Assembly (NCBI GenBank): GCA_048270185.1
Contig: JBLWTJ010000004.1
Location: 221,654 to 285,653 of the forward strand
Direction: 5' to 3'
Source of the DNA: Bacteriovoracaceae bacterium
GTDB lineage: Bacteria; Bdellovibrionota; Bacteriovoracia; Bacteriovoracales; Bacteriovoracaceae
Length of the DNA: 64,000 nucleotides
The notes under the pieces were generated by a model that made no database searches, was not told where the DNA came from, and was given only the letters and a program-made list of their open reading frames with translations. The first letter of the stretch is position 1; the number at the start of each line of letters is the position of its first letter. Positions 1 to 9,279 of the stretch are shown here, piece by piece. The translations under genes were made by a program, and so were the position numbers.

Positions 1-1347
1 GTTTTCAATGTCTTTTTCTGGATCTAGTCTTATAAATTCATAAATAAGTTTATCAACTTTACTAATGAATTTAAGTTCATGCCAAATATTTGATTCGCGA
101 ATATTACGCTGCTTTTCTTTTGTGAAATCTGATAACTCAAGCTCGGGTAGATTTATCGTATTTTTATGAAAGTATAACGACTTTACATATTTCTTATCAA
201 ACTGCGGTAGATAATCTTGAGCAATGATTGAATAAAAACTAAGTGGGTTACTATTAATCATGAGTTTGAAAAGATGTTTAGATAGGGATGTGTTGCCATC
301 TTTCATGTAACTATAGGCAATCCAAAACTTGGTCTTTGTGTAGAGGTTTGAGAACTCATCGATGAGATTGAATTTTTGAACCGTAACAATACTTTCTTTA
401 TAGTCTTCTCTTTTAATTGAATTCCATAAGAGTAAGAAAAGTGATTCATTCTTTGTTTCACTGTCATAACTTATTTCATAGGAACGCTCAAAAAAACGAT
501 TTGCATTTTTAATATCATTATTATTTTGAAGAAGCTTCCCGATATATCGAACACGTTTCCATGCAGACTTTTGATAAATGTATTCTTCGTTGTTTTTTTC
601 AAACATTAGGAACTTATCTAACTGGTCCTTAGTGTTCTTTTTGTTTTTAATAGATTTTTTAAGAGCACTATACTGATTGATAAATTCATTTGTTATCGTT
701 AGTTTATTTTTCTTAATCCTATGTAGATTGTTTTGAAATAAAAGAGTGATGTCTTTATCAAAATCTACATGGGAATATAGTCTTGTATCGATCTTTAGAC
801 CTTTTATAAGAGTTATTTCTATCAAATACTTCTTTATATGATTATAGATCTTGGAGTTCTTATCGACTTTGTTAAGTCTACTGATAAATAGTGAGTTCTT
901 TGTCGTTGCTAGGTAAGAGATTGCTTTCTTGAAGTTTTCTTCATCCTTAATGATGTCCTTAAAGAATCGATCATTTAAAAGATAATTTACAGTGTGGTAA
1001 CAATAACTCTTAATTGAGTCGACGAAATCATCCTCAACACGATTTGCAGTTTTTCCCTTAATGTCACATGAAAAGTATCTTTCCCTTTTGAGTGACGTTT
1101 TTAAGTCTGCTAAGAAATCTAAGTGAGGCAGATAGTTTTTAAAGATACCACCGTCAGCAATACTCTTTCTTGCATAGAATATTTTAGCGTTGGATATCTT
1201 CTTACGTTTTAAATGTCTTTCAATCTCTGCAATATATCGAGCAGCTTTAAGCTCTTTATCTTTAAGAGATACTTTCTTTGCTTGAATTGAAAGACCTAAT
1301 GACCCACATAGGGAAATTAAGATAATCTTTTTAGCCAATAAACTCAT
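1..1347 (-). CDS. Secreted alpha-helical/TPR-like protein, possibly the N-terminal part of a soluble lytic transglycosylase (runs off window start)
   Basis: Not in ORF track; read manually. ATG at 1347 gives MSLLAKKIILISLCGSLGLSIQAK (signal-like). Later segment TKFWIAYSYMKDGNTSLSKHLFKLMINSNPLSFYSIIAQ resembles the Slt70 helical region. Catalytic domain not visible. Confidence 0.5.
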   Translation of the reverse strand, partial: MSLLAKKIILISLCGSLGLSIQAKKVSLKDKELKAARYIAEIERHLKRKKISNAKIFYARKSIADGGIFKNYLPHLDFLADLKTSLKRERYFSCDIKGKTANRVEDDFVDSIKSYCYHTVNYLLNDRFFKDIIKDEENFKKAISYLATTKNSLFISRLNKVDKNSKIYNHIKKYLIEITLIKGLKIDTRLYSHVDFDKDITLLFQNNLHRIKKNKLTITNEFINQYSALKKSIKNKKNTKDQLDKFLMFEKNNEEYIYQKSAWKRVRYIGKLLQNNNDIKNANRFFERSYEISYDSETKNESLFLLLWNSIKREDYKESIVTVQKFNLIDEFSNLYTKTKFWIAYSYMKDGNTSLSKHLFKLMINSNPLSFYSIIAQDYLPQFDKKYVKSLYFHKNTINLPELELSDFTKEKQRNIRESNIWHELKFISKVDKLIYEFIRLDPEKDIEN

Positions 1348-1894
1348 TGAAACGACCTTCCATATCTTTTAATTTAGTGACGACGTCACTTAAAATTAAT
1401 TTTTTATCGTCAGGTACTACTTGTTGTAGATTCTTTAAGTAATTACAGATTTCATCAATATAGACAGTGTCTTCCTTAAAATTCGTTTGGAAGTACTCAA
1501 CTGTAAGATTGACTTCGTCAGCAACGTCCTTGAAGTAATCACCATCTCTAAAAGATAACTTTCTTTCAAAACCTACATGTCTTAAATTAGCAAGATATTG
1601 TTTTAACTTATAAAGTGGGCCTGCAACTTTATGTGTAAAGAAGATGCAGGTAATAAAAATTAAGATTCCAAAAAACGCCTGACATAAAATGAGGAAATTA
1701 ACTAAGTTAGTCTTCATTGATGCAATATGCTCAGCAGATTGTGGAAACTTCTCTGAAATATTTGTTAATACTTGGTAAATAACTAAAGGGTAGAACGCAC
1801 TTAGTACGAGAATAACGACACAAATCAATGCGCTGAATCTCAGCTGAAATTTAGAGTCTACGATGATTATAGAACGCTTATATGGTTTAGACAC
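1331..1894 (-). CDS. Two-TM membrane protein with HAMP-like region
   Basis: Two hydrophobic segments followed by THKVAGPLYKL...LSFRDGDYFKDVADEVN. Confidence 0.6.
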   Translation of the reverse strand: MSKPYKRSIIIVDSKFQLRFSALICVVILVLSAFYPLVIYQVLTNISEKFPQSAEHIASMKTNLVNFLILCQAFFGILIFITCIFFTHKVAGPLYKLKQYLANLRHVGFERKLSFRDGDYFKDVADEVNLTVEYFQTNFKEDTVYIDEICNYLKNLQQVVPDDKKLILSDVVTKLKDMEGRFNEFIG

Positions 1895-2043
1895 ATTTTC
1901 TCCAAACTTTTAATTAGTTTCAATTGTAATTATAACATCTTATGGATTTTGTTGTAGGGCAAAAATTTGCTTTACCGATTGAATAACTACCCAATATTTA
2001 ATAGAATCCCCTTAATTTAATGCTAAAAACCGAGAGATCTACT

Positions 2044-3189
2044 ATGTTAAATATTGAAGAAATTAAAACTAAATTAATTGATGTTAAAAACCCAAATTCT
2101 GGAGAATCACTTCTTAATGAAAATCGTTTTAAGGACATTGCAATTAAAGATGAAAATTTAACTCTAGTTTATAATCGCGATGGTATAACTCCAGAGCAAA
2201 AGCGCTCGATTGAAGATGATATTGTTGCAAAGCTTTCGTCAGTTATTAACGAAGATAATCTCTTTATTAAAACGATCTCAACTCAAGAGGCACCTGCTCA
2301 GGCTAAGCAAAAGCCAAAACAAGAGGGTGCAAAACTTGAGGTCGGTCACGCAAAAGGTGCGCCTCAAAAACGTAGTATTGATGGTGTTTCTAAGATTATT
2401 GCAGTCTCATCAGGTAAGGGTGGAGTTGGAAAAAGTACAGTTTCGGTTAACCTTGCACTTGCACTTAAAAATGCTGGTAAGAAAGTAGGTCTTTTAGATG
2501 CAGATATTTATGGTCCTTCTATTCCAATGCTTCTAGGTCAAAGAGATGCTAAACCTCTTGCAACAGAATCAAAGAAGATTGCCCCTATAGAATCACACGG
2601 TTTAAAGTTTATCAGCTTCGGTCTTTTCATCGAAGAGAAGGATGCGGTTATTTGGCGTGGACCAATGCTTGGTGGCGTACTTAATCAATTTCTTTTTGAT
2701 GTTGAGTGGGGTGAGCTTGATTATCTTATTCTTGATCTACCTCCAGGAACTGGTGATGTTCAGCTTTCAATCGCGCAAACTCTCAATTTAGACGGTATTA
2801 TTGGTGTTTCGACTCCACAAGATGTTGCTATCCTAGACTCTAGAAAAGGTCTAAATATGTTTGAACAAGTAAATGTACCTGTTCTTGGTTTAGTTGAAAA
2901 TATGAGTTACTTTGCACCAGATGATATGCCTGAGAAGAAGTACTATATCTTCGGTGAAAATGGTGGAGCAGACATTGCAAAAGAGCTTGGCTATAACTTC
3001 TTAGGTGGTGTTCCAATAGAAATTGCCCTTAGAGAGTCTTGTGATAAGGGCCTTCCTTATATGGCCAATATGTCATACGAAAATAGGCCAGTATGGAATG
3101 CTTATTCCTCTATTGCAAAAAAGATAGTTGAGTTAGAAAATGGAGAAGGAAAGGAAAAAGGTTTTTTCTCAAAAATTTTCAAAAGGTAA
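2044..3189 (+). CDS. mrp: Mrp/ApbC (NBP35 family) Fe-S cluster carrier ATPase
   Basis: SSGKGGVGKST Walker A, DADIYGPS, WRGPM, DLPPGTGD, VENMSY; start chosen at 2044 (ORF track 2020). Confidence 0.92.
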   Translation: MLNIEEIKTKLIDVKNPNSGESLLNENRFKDIAIKDENLTLVYNRDGITPEQKRSIEDDIVAKLSSVINEDNLFIKTISTQEAPAQAKQKPKQEGAKLEVGHAKGAPQKRSIDGVSKIIAVSSGKGGVGKSTVSVNLALALKNAGKKVGLLDADIYGPSIPMLLGQRDAKPLATESKKIAPIESHGLKFISFGLFIEEKDAVIWRGPMLGGVLNQFLFDVEWGELDYLILDLPPGTGDVQLSIAQTLNLDGIIGVSTPQDVAILDSRKGLNMFEQVNVPVLGLVENMSYFAPDDMPEKKYYIFGENGGADIAKELGYNFLGGVPIEIALRESCDKGLPYMANMSYENRPVWNAYSSIAKKIVELENGEGKEKGFFSKIFKR

Positions 3190-3192
3190 TGG

Positions 3193-3726
3193 ATGTCCAT
3201 CGTACAGAAAATAGAGGAGCAGTGCTCTTTTAATTTTACTGGCAGAATTAATATTCTTAAGAAAGCCGACCGCCAATTTCTTGGTGTTATTTATATCAGC
3301 GAAGGAATGGTGGTTGCTGCTCAATTCTCTAAGAAAACTGGGCTTAAGGCCCTTTATTCCCTCGTTATTTTTGAAATGGATGGTCTACAAGAGTTCTCAC
3401 TTGTGTCAGAGCCAGAAATTGTCTCGGAAAACGACTTTGAATTCAAGCTCAAGTATAGCGAGTTAAAAGAAAATATTGAGAATGCTTATCAACAGCACTT
3501 AAAGGCCAAAAGTCTACGCCCACCAGAAAATATTCACATTTTAGTCAATCCGGCGTTCATAAAAGATGGAAAAAAGACTGGTGCAAATGAATTTTTACTA
3601 TTAAAAACTATAGCAGAATACAGTAAGGTAAAAGATATTTATCTTAATTGCGAACTATTTGATTTTGAAATTACGCAGGCCCTTGTTACGTTAAGAAAGA
3701 TAGGTGCCTTAAAAGTCGTAAAGTAG
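3193..3726 (+). CDS. Hypothetical protein (DUF4388-like)
   Basis: FTGRINI...GVIYISEGMVVAA pattern and winged-helix-like C-terminus; 3 nt after mrp. Confidence 0.5.
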   Translation: MSIVQKIEEQCSFNFTGRINILKKADRQFLGVIYISEGMVVAAQFSKKTGLKALYSLVIFEMDGLQEFSLVSEPEIVSENDFEFKLKYSELKENIENAYQQHLKAKSLRPPENIHILVNPAFIKDGKKTGANEFLLLKTIAEYSKVKDIYLNCELFDFEITQALVTLRKIGALKVVK

Positions 3727-3735
3727 GAGTATAGA

Positions 3736-3927
3736 ATGAAAGATCAAACGCATAACAATGGATCATTAAAAGAACTTAAAGTTATGATCGAAGAAGATGT
3801 AGTCACTTCGTTTGAGAATATGTCTACAAACACAGGAATTTCCCTAGAGGAGCTTATTGTTGTCGCTCTAAAGCGTTTTAGGTCATCTCATAGTGACTAT
3901 GAGAAGAAAACTTTCCAAATGGATTAA
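3736..3927 (+). CDS. Small hypothetical protein, possible ribbon-helix-helix fold
   Basis: AGGAG RBS; LKVMIEEDVVTSFENMSTNTGISLEELIVVALKRF fits a beta-alpha-alpha pattern. Confidence 0.55.
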   Translation: MKDQTHNNGSLKELKVMIEEDVVTSFENMSTNTGISLEELIVVALKRFRSSHSDYEKKTFQMD

Positions 3928-3941
3928 TCATCTTATATTAA

Positions 3942-3975
3942 GTGAACACGCCTCAAAAGTGTGTTCACATTTTTT
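3942..3975 (+). terminator. Intrinsic terminator after mrp operon
   Basis: GTGAACACGC-ctcaaaa-GTGTGTTCAC followed by T-run. Confidence 0.6.
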
Positions 3976-3979
3976 ACAG

Positions 3980-3995
3980 TGTTAAAAGTTTAACA
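3980..3995. promoter_or_regulatory. Palindrome, candidate enhancer (UAS) for a sigma54 activator
   Basis: TGTTAAA-AG-TTTAACA about 85 bp upstream of the sigma54 motif. Confidence 0.4.
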
Positions 3996-4042
3996 GTCTA
4001 ATATCTAAACAAATCAATAAAATTCATTAAAACAGTACGCAA

Positions 4043-4055
4043 TATCAGACACTTG
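4043..4055 (+). promoter_or_regulatory. Candidate IHF site
   Basis: TATCAGACACTTG matches WATCARNNNNTTR, between the palindrome and the sigma54 motif. Confidence 0.45.
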
Positions 4056-4078
4056 GCTGTTTTGTGTATTTGTTCAGC

Positions 4079-4095
4079 TTGGCACGCTGGTTGCT
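4079..4095 (+). promoter_or_regulatory. Sigma54 (-24/-12) promoter
   Basis: TTGGCACGCTGGTTGCT matches TGGCACG-N4-TTGCW exactly. Confidence 0.85.
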
Positions 4096-4128
4096 TCTAT
4101 AAATACATATAAGTCTTAGGAGCATTGT

Positions 4129-5286
4129 ATGAAAGCGACAGCTATTTACAAGAAATTCATTATTGCATCACTACTATCGGGATCATTTCTTGTTTTCGGT
4201 GGTATCTATCAGGGGATGTCTGTTACTGATAACTCTTTTATGCAACAAAAGGATATCTCATTTGCAAAAAGAGCAGATGAAAATGCTGATCGTATTGTTG
4301 CTTCTTCTGATCGTGAAAAGATTGCGATTCCATATATTCCTGTAGCTGAATATGCAGATGCAATTAATGGGAAATGGGAAATCGTAAGAGTAGAGAATAA
4401 TGAAGGAATCGAAATTCATAACGAAGCTAAATCGAATAAGAAAGTAGTAGTAGAATTAGAACTTATTGGAACAGGGCTTGTAAGAATTAATAATAATCCA
4501 GATTATACATTTGATGTTTCTTTCCTACACGAAAACCTTAAGAATATCTCTATCTTTAGAGCTTTTGAAAAAGGTTATGAAATGATTGAAGCACGTAAAC
4601 TTAACGAAGTTAAGGCAGTCGCTAAATCAATTTCAACTCAAGAAGAAGTTGTAGCTGAAGAAGAGCAGGTAATTGATGTTAATGAAAGAAAAGAATACAT
4701 CATTGAAAGAGCAGTTCTTCCACAATTTAACAATAAAATGATCCGTGGTGATCAATTTATCGAGGGAAGTGTTACAGTTGGTCCAAATGGTGTACAAGGT
4801 CTGTACTTCTCAGTTTCATCTGAAGGTCAAGATGTTAACGAAGTAATCGGAGATATCAAACTTAAAGATGGAAGTTCATTTGAAGTTGAAATCCAAGGAC
4901 AATTATCACATGGTATCTTTACGAGAAATGGTGAAAATGGATACAGACTAAGATTCGCAACTGGTCCATATAAAGGTGCTCTACTTAACTATGTAACTTA
5001 TGAAGAGTTAGAAAGAATTAATATTGAAATTGAAAATATGGAAAGAGCAAAAGAAGAGTCACGTTTTCAAAATGAACTAACTCGTGAAAGTTCAATAGCG
5101 GAAGATATCAATCTTGCTCAAAAGAATGTTATCTCTGCAGGATTCAATAAGCCAGCTCAAGAGCAACAAGTTGAAGAAGAAAGATACGAAGAAGAGTACA
5201 ATGACGAGTATCAAGATGAAAATTTAAATGACCCTTATTCTGAAGAAAATAACGAAGAGTATAATAGACAAGGTTACGAGTTTTAA
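4129..5286 (+). CDS. Hypothetical exported/membrane-anchored protein with acidic C-terminal tail
   Basis: AGGAG RBS, N-terminal hydrophobic segment, E/Y/N-rich tail, strong terminator downstream. Confidence 0.75.
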   Translation: MKATAIYKKFIIASLLSGSFLVFGGIYQGMSVTDNSFMQQKDISFAKRADENADRIVASSDREKIAIPYIPVAEYADAINGKWEIVRVENNEGIEIHNEAKSNKKVVVELELIGTGLVRINNNPDYTFDVSFLHENLKNISIFRAFEKGYEMIEARKLNEVKAVAKSISTQEEVVAEEEQVIDVNERKEYIIERAVLPQFNNKMIRGDQFIEGSVTVGPNGVQGLYFSVSSEGQDVNEVIGDIKLKDGSSFEVEIQGQLSHGIFTRNGENGYRLRFATGPYKGALLNYVTYEELERINIEIENMERAKEESRFQNELTRESSIAEDINLAQKNVISAGFNKPAQEQQVEEERYEEEYNDEYQDENLNDPYSEENNEEYNRQGYEF

Positions 5287-5312
5287 TCCCCCCCTAAGAG
5301 AAGAGAAATTAC

Positions 5313-5349
5313 AAAAAAGAAGGCCCTCAAAATTGAGGGCCTTTTTTTT
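5313..5349. terminator. Intrinsic terminator, probably bidirectional
   Basis: A-run, AGGCCCTCAA-aa-TTGAGGGCCT, T-run. Confidence 0.85.
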
Positions 5350-5373
5350 GTTTATATTTATGCAGAAGATTTC

Positions 5374-5644
5374 TTGCGATAACTTTCCCATTGGCCTAGA
5401 GACAACAAAGCCGGGCTTGAACCCGGCTTGTTGAATATGTAAATTATTTCATTGCACAGAGGCCTAGCACCGCGAACAATAGACTGGCCTTGGCTGGTAA
5501 ATTGTTGCGATAACTTTCCCATTGGCCTTGAGACAACAAAGCCGGGCTTGAACCCGGCTTGTTGAATATGTAAATTATTACATTGCACTGAGGCCTAGCA
5601 CCGCGAACAATAGACTGGCCTTAGCCAGTCAATTTCGCGGATGC
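5374..5644. repeat. Two-copy 131-bp tandem repeat with internal hairpins (REP/BIME-like or structured RNA)
   Basis: Units start at 5374 and 5505; 3 differences in the first ~118 nt; hairpins at 5403-5433/5534-5564 and 5471-5509/5601-5640. Confidence 0.9.
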
Positions 5645-6598
5645 TTAAAGAACTTTTTTAAGTTCTTCTTTTAGAAGAGGTACGATTTGGAAAAGATCTC
5701 CAACAATACCGTAGTCAGCTTTAGTAAAGATTGGCGCATCTGGGTCAGTGTTGATTGCAACGATAACCTTTGATGTTCTCATCCCTGCTAAGTGCTGGAT
5801 AGCTCCTGAGATACCACATGCGATGTATAGTGATGGAGCAACAGTCTTACCTGTTTGTCCAACTTGCATAGCGTGTGGAGCGAATCCTGAGTCAACAGCG
5901 GCACGTGAAGCACCTACAGTTGCACCAAGAACCTCAGCAAGCTCTTCAAGAATTTTAAAGTTTTCAGCATTCTTCATTGCACGGCCACCTGAAACGATAA
6001 TATTTGCTTCAGTAAGGTCTAGCTTCTCAGAAGCGCCTTTAACGATTTCTTTAATTGCTGCTTTGATGTCCCCTGCGTTTGCAGCAACTTCATTAGTTGC
6101 ACCTGCACCTGCAGTTGGAGCTTCAGGAAGTCCAAGAGCATTTGGTCTAACTGTTACGAAACCAGGCTTTGGTCCGTCTAGTTCAACTTTAGCTAGAACT
6201 TTACCTGCAAATAGTGGTCTTGTTCCTGCGAAGTTATCACCTTCCATAACAAAGTTAGTTACTTCAGATGCCATACCTGCATCAAACATACCAGCTAGTC
6301 TTGGCATAAGGTCTTTTGCTAAAGAAGTTGCACCAGCAAATACGTAATCGTAGTTTGAACCGATGAATTCTTTAAGTGCGTTTGCATAACCTTCTGGTGA
6401 ATACTTTTCTAAGTTAGCACCTTTTAGGTTGTGTACATTAGCTGCACCGTATTTAGCTAGGTCAGTAGCTGCGTTTGGACCCATGTCACCAACAATGGCA
6501 ACATCAACGTCGTGTCCAGCAAGTTTACCTAGAATTTCAAATGTAACAGATTTAACTGATTCACCACTTGTTTCAGAAAATACTAATATTTTTGCCAT
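5645..6598 (-). CDS. etfA: Electron transfer flavoprotein alpha subunit
   Basis: IVSGGR, VGASRAAVD, QVGQTGKTVAP, GISGAIQHLAGM. Confidence 0.97.
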   Translation of the reverse strand: MAKILVFSETSGESVKSVTFEILGKLAGHDVDVAIVGDMGPNAATDLAKYGAANVHNLKGANLEKYSPEGYANALKEFIGSNYDYVFAGATSLAKDLMPRLAGMFDAGMASEVTNFVMEGDNFAGTRPLFAGKVLAKVELDGPKPGFVTVRPNALGLPEAPTAGAGATNEVAANAGDIKAAIKEIVKGASEKLDLTEANIIVSGGRAMKNAENFKILEELAEVLGATVGASRAAVDSGFAPHAMQVGQTGKTVAPSLYIACGISGAIQHLAGMRTSKVIVAINTDPDAPIFTKADYGIVGDLFQIVPLLKEELKKVL

Positions 6599-6610
6599 CT
6601 CTTATTCTCC

Positions 6611-7399
6611 TTAGATTACTTTAGCTTCTTCTCTTAAAAGCTTAACAACATCAGCTACAACACCTGCTTGAGCAGCTTCATCCATAGCATCAAACTTCTT
6701 ACCAGCTGGTTTTTCTGGTGGAAGTTGAAAACCTGAATACTTAACACGACGATCGTCTGCTGTTACACCTACATCAGACAGTGAATGTTGAGCAAGAGGC
6801 TTTCTCTTTGCTTTCATAATACCTGGAAGTGAAGCATAACGAGGGCTGTTAAGTCCTTTGTTTGCAGCGATTAAAACTGGAGCAGCAACTTCGTAAACTT
6901 CTAGTGCTCCACCTTCTACTTCTCTTTTAAGAGTGTAAGTACCACTTGCTTCTTCACACCCATCAACAACTGATACTGATGGCATACCTAGCATTTGAGC
7001 TAGAAGTTGTGGAACCTGTAGACAGTCATCATCAATAGCTTGTTTACCAGTGAAGATAACATCTGGAGTTTTGCCTGATTTTTCAATCGCACCTTTAAGC
7101 GCTTTTGCTGTCATGTAAGAATCTAAGTTATCGTCAGCTTCTACTAGGATTGCATCATCCGCACCCATAGCTAGAGCTGTTCTTAGAGCTTCTGTGTCTT
7201 TAACACCACCAACTCTTACAACAGTTACAGTAGAACCACTGTTAGCTGCTTTAGTAAGAAGTGCTTGTTCTACAGCGAACTCATCATATGGGTTCATGAT
7301 CCATTTGATTGATGAAGTTTCGATGTAAGATCCGTCTCCGTTTGGAGTAATTTTAGTTTCCGTATCTGGAACTTGTTTTATACATACAAAAATATTCAA
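6611..7399 (-). CDS. etfB: Electron transfer flavoprotein beta subunit
   Basis: CIKQVPDT, MNPYDEFAVEQA, ALAMGAD, GKQAIDDD, PRYASLPGIMKAK; TTG start with AGGAG RBS. Confidence 0.97.
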   Translation of the reverse strand: MNIFVCIKQVPDTETKITPNGDGSYIETSSIKWIMNPYDEFAVEQALLTKAANSGSTVTVVRVGGVKDTEALRTALAMGADDAILVEADDNLDSYMTAKALKGAIEKSGKTPDVIFTGKQAIDDDCLQVPQLLAQMLGMPSVSVVDGCEEASGTYTLKREVEGGALEVYEVAAPVLIAANKGLNSPRYASLPGIMKAKRKPLAQHSLSDVGVTADDRRVKYSGFQLPPEKPAGKKFDAMDEAAQAGVVADVVKLLREEAKVI

Positions 7400-7401
7400 T
7401 T

Positions 7402-8547
7402 TTAGCTCCTTGTAAATATTTCTTTAGCAATAACTAATCTTTGTATTTGTGATGTGCCTTCATATATTTGAATGAGTTTGGCGTCTCTCATTATCTTTTC
7501 AACTGGGTACTCTTTACTGTAGCCGTAACCACCAAAAACTTGCACGGCATCAGTTGCAACTTTCATAAACATATCAGCAGCTTTAGCCTTTGAGTATGAT
7601 GAAAGTTCTGGATTTGGTGTCCCATTATCAATGGCCCAAGCAGCTTTCTGAACGAGAAGTCTTGAAGCTTCGATTTCAATCCCCATATCAGCTATCATCA
7701 TTTGAATAGCTTGATGACGAGAAATAGGAACGCCAAACTGTACTCTTTCACCTGCATACTTTACCGCGTGATCCATTGCACATTGTGCTCCACCAACTGC
7801 AGAGCTTGCAACCATAGGCCTTGAGTGATTTAAAGTGGCCATTGCAATAGACCAGCCTTCACCAACTCCACCGAGTATATTCTCTTTTGGAACTTTTACA
7901 TTTGTAAACGTTACTGCTCTCGTGTCAGAACAACGGTGTCCCATTTTATTTTCTTTTTCACCGAGTTCAATTCCCTCGGCCTTTCCATCGACAACTAAAG
8001 CGGTAATACCTTTGTGCTTAAGTGAAGTGTCGACAGTTGCGTAAACAACAAATAGATCAGCATAGCCGGCATTTGTAATCCACATTTTATTTCCATTAAG
8101 AATATAGTGATCACCATCTTCTTTAATAGTTGTTTTAATTCCAGCGGCATCTGATCCATTACCTGGTTCTGTTAAACAGAATGCGGCAATTTTATAATCT
8201 TCAGTAAATGGAGTTAAGAATTTCTTCTTTTGCTCATCACTACCACCAATGACAATTGGAAGAAGAGCAAGATCGTTTGCCATGATGGCCGTATTCATTC
8301 CAAGACATCCGTAGGCCAGTGCTTCAGTGATAATCATTGAATCGATAGTAGAAAAACCTGCACCACCATATTCAGCTGGAATACATGTATTAACGAGTCC
8401 AAGCTCCCATGCTTGTCGCAAAATATTTAACGGCATTTGTGCTTTTTCGTCAAACTCTAATGCATGAGGCATCATTTCATTTTTTGCAAATTTCATTGCA
8501 AGTTCACGAATTTCTTTTTGCTCAGAAGTTAATTCAAAGTTGATCAT
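7402..8547 (-). CDS. Acyl-CoA dehydrogenase (short/medium chain)
   Basis: FCLTEPGNGSD, NGNKMWITN, GGYGYSKEYPVEKIMRDAK, IYEGTSQIQ. Confidence 0.95.
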   Translation of the reverse strand: MINFELTSEQKEIRELAMKFAKNEMMPHALEFDEKAQMPLNILRQAWELGLVNTCIPAEYGGAGFSTIDSMIITEALAYGCLGMNTAIMANDLALLPIVIGGSDEQKKKFLTPFTEDYKIAAFCLTEPGNGSDAAGIKTTIKEDGDHYILNGNKMWITNAGYADLFVVYATVDTSLKHKGITALVVDGKAEGIELGEKENKMGHRCSDTRAVTFTNVKVPKENILGGVGEGWSIAMATLNHSRPMVASSAVGGAQCAMDHAVKYAGERVQFGVPISRHQAIQMMIADMGIEIEASRLLVQKAAWAIDNGTPNPELSSYSKAKAADMFMKVATDAVQVFGGYGYSKEYPVEKIMRDAKLIQIYEGTSQIQRLVIAKEIFTRS

Positions 8548-8623
8548 GATAGTACCCGATGGTTAAGTGCTCTTTATTATAAGGCTCATCCGCGCATTTA
8601 GTAAATAGGCAATAGGGTAACAT

Positions 8624-9094
8624 TTATGAGTTGAGTGGTGTTGCATCATGATTATCTAAATCAATAATCTTGAAAGTTTTCTGATAAAAACTAAATGAAG
8701 GTAGATCCATGATGGGGCGCAGTACAAAACTTCGTTTGCGAAATTCTTTATGAGGAATCTCTAGACGTTCATCTTTGTGATTGATTGCATCAATGAAGAT
8801 AATATCAATATCAATTTCACGAGGGCCCCAATGATAGCGTCTGACTCGTCCGATTTTCTTCTCTATAGATTGGCAGATCTCTAGTACTTCTATTGGCGTA
8901 TAATTCTTTACTGTGTCGATTTCAACAGCAACATTGTAGAAGTAGTCCTGGTTTTGTGGCCCGTAAGGAGGAGAATGATAAAACCGGCTTATGACTGCCT
9001 TTGTTTGAAAATAGGACTCTACTAATTCGATGGCCGCAAATATTTGAGCTTTTCGCTCACCTATATTGGAGCCTAGTGATAGAATGATTTTCAT
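8624..9094 (-). CDS. folK: 6-hydroxymethyl-7,8-dihydropterin pyrophosphokinase
   Basis: LSLGSNIG, WGPREIDIDII, LEIPH. Confidence 0.93.
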   Translation of the reverse strand: MKIILSLGSNIGERKAQIFAAIELVESYFQTKAVISRFYHSPPYGPQNQDYFYNVAVEIDTVKNYTPIEVLEICQSIEKKIGRVRRYHWGPREIDIDIIFIDAINHKDERLEIPHKEFRKRSFVLRPIMDLPSFSFYQKTFKIIDLDNHDATPLNS

Positions 9095-9279
9095 TCACTC
9101 TTCTTTTTATTTTCTTGATCTTGTTCGGTTGTCAATTTCTTACTCATACCAGGGCGTAATACTTTCTTATGTTGTTCAACAAATGATGGAAAATTATTAT
9201 TCTTAGGTTTTGGTGGAGCCTTAACGCCACAAGAAACGATTAAAGTTGAAATGAAGATGATTTTAAAACTCAAGTGCAA
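9091..9279 (-). CDS. Small lipoprotein (LptM/YifL-like N-terminus)
   Basis: Lipobox IVSC followed by GVKAPP; overlaps both neighbours. Confidence 0.55.
   Translation of the reverse strand: MHLSFKIIFISTLIVSCGVKAPPKPKNNNFPSFVEQHKKVLRPGMSKKLTTEQDQENKKKSE

Noticed and set aside
5228..5588. ORFs 5228-5434 (+) and 5358-5588 (-) as genes
   Set aside because: They cross a terminator and/or a repeat whose period is not a multiple of 3; no recognisable protein features.
5374..5644. CRISPR array or tRNA remnant
   Set aside because: Only two contiguous 131-bp units, no unique spacers and no cas genes. The minus-strand GGGTTCAAGCCC resembles a T-arm but has a 6-nt loop and no cloverleaf.
5748..6614. 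Antisense ORFs 5748-6347 and 6429-6614
   Set aside because: Shadow frames of the strongly codon-biased etfA gene. The same applies to most short overlapping ORFs in the track (e.g. 9251-9685, 22546-22830, 39650-39988, 47704-47934).
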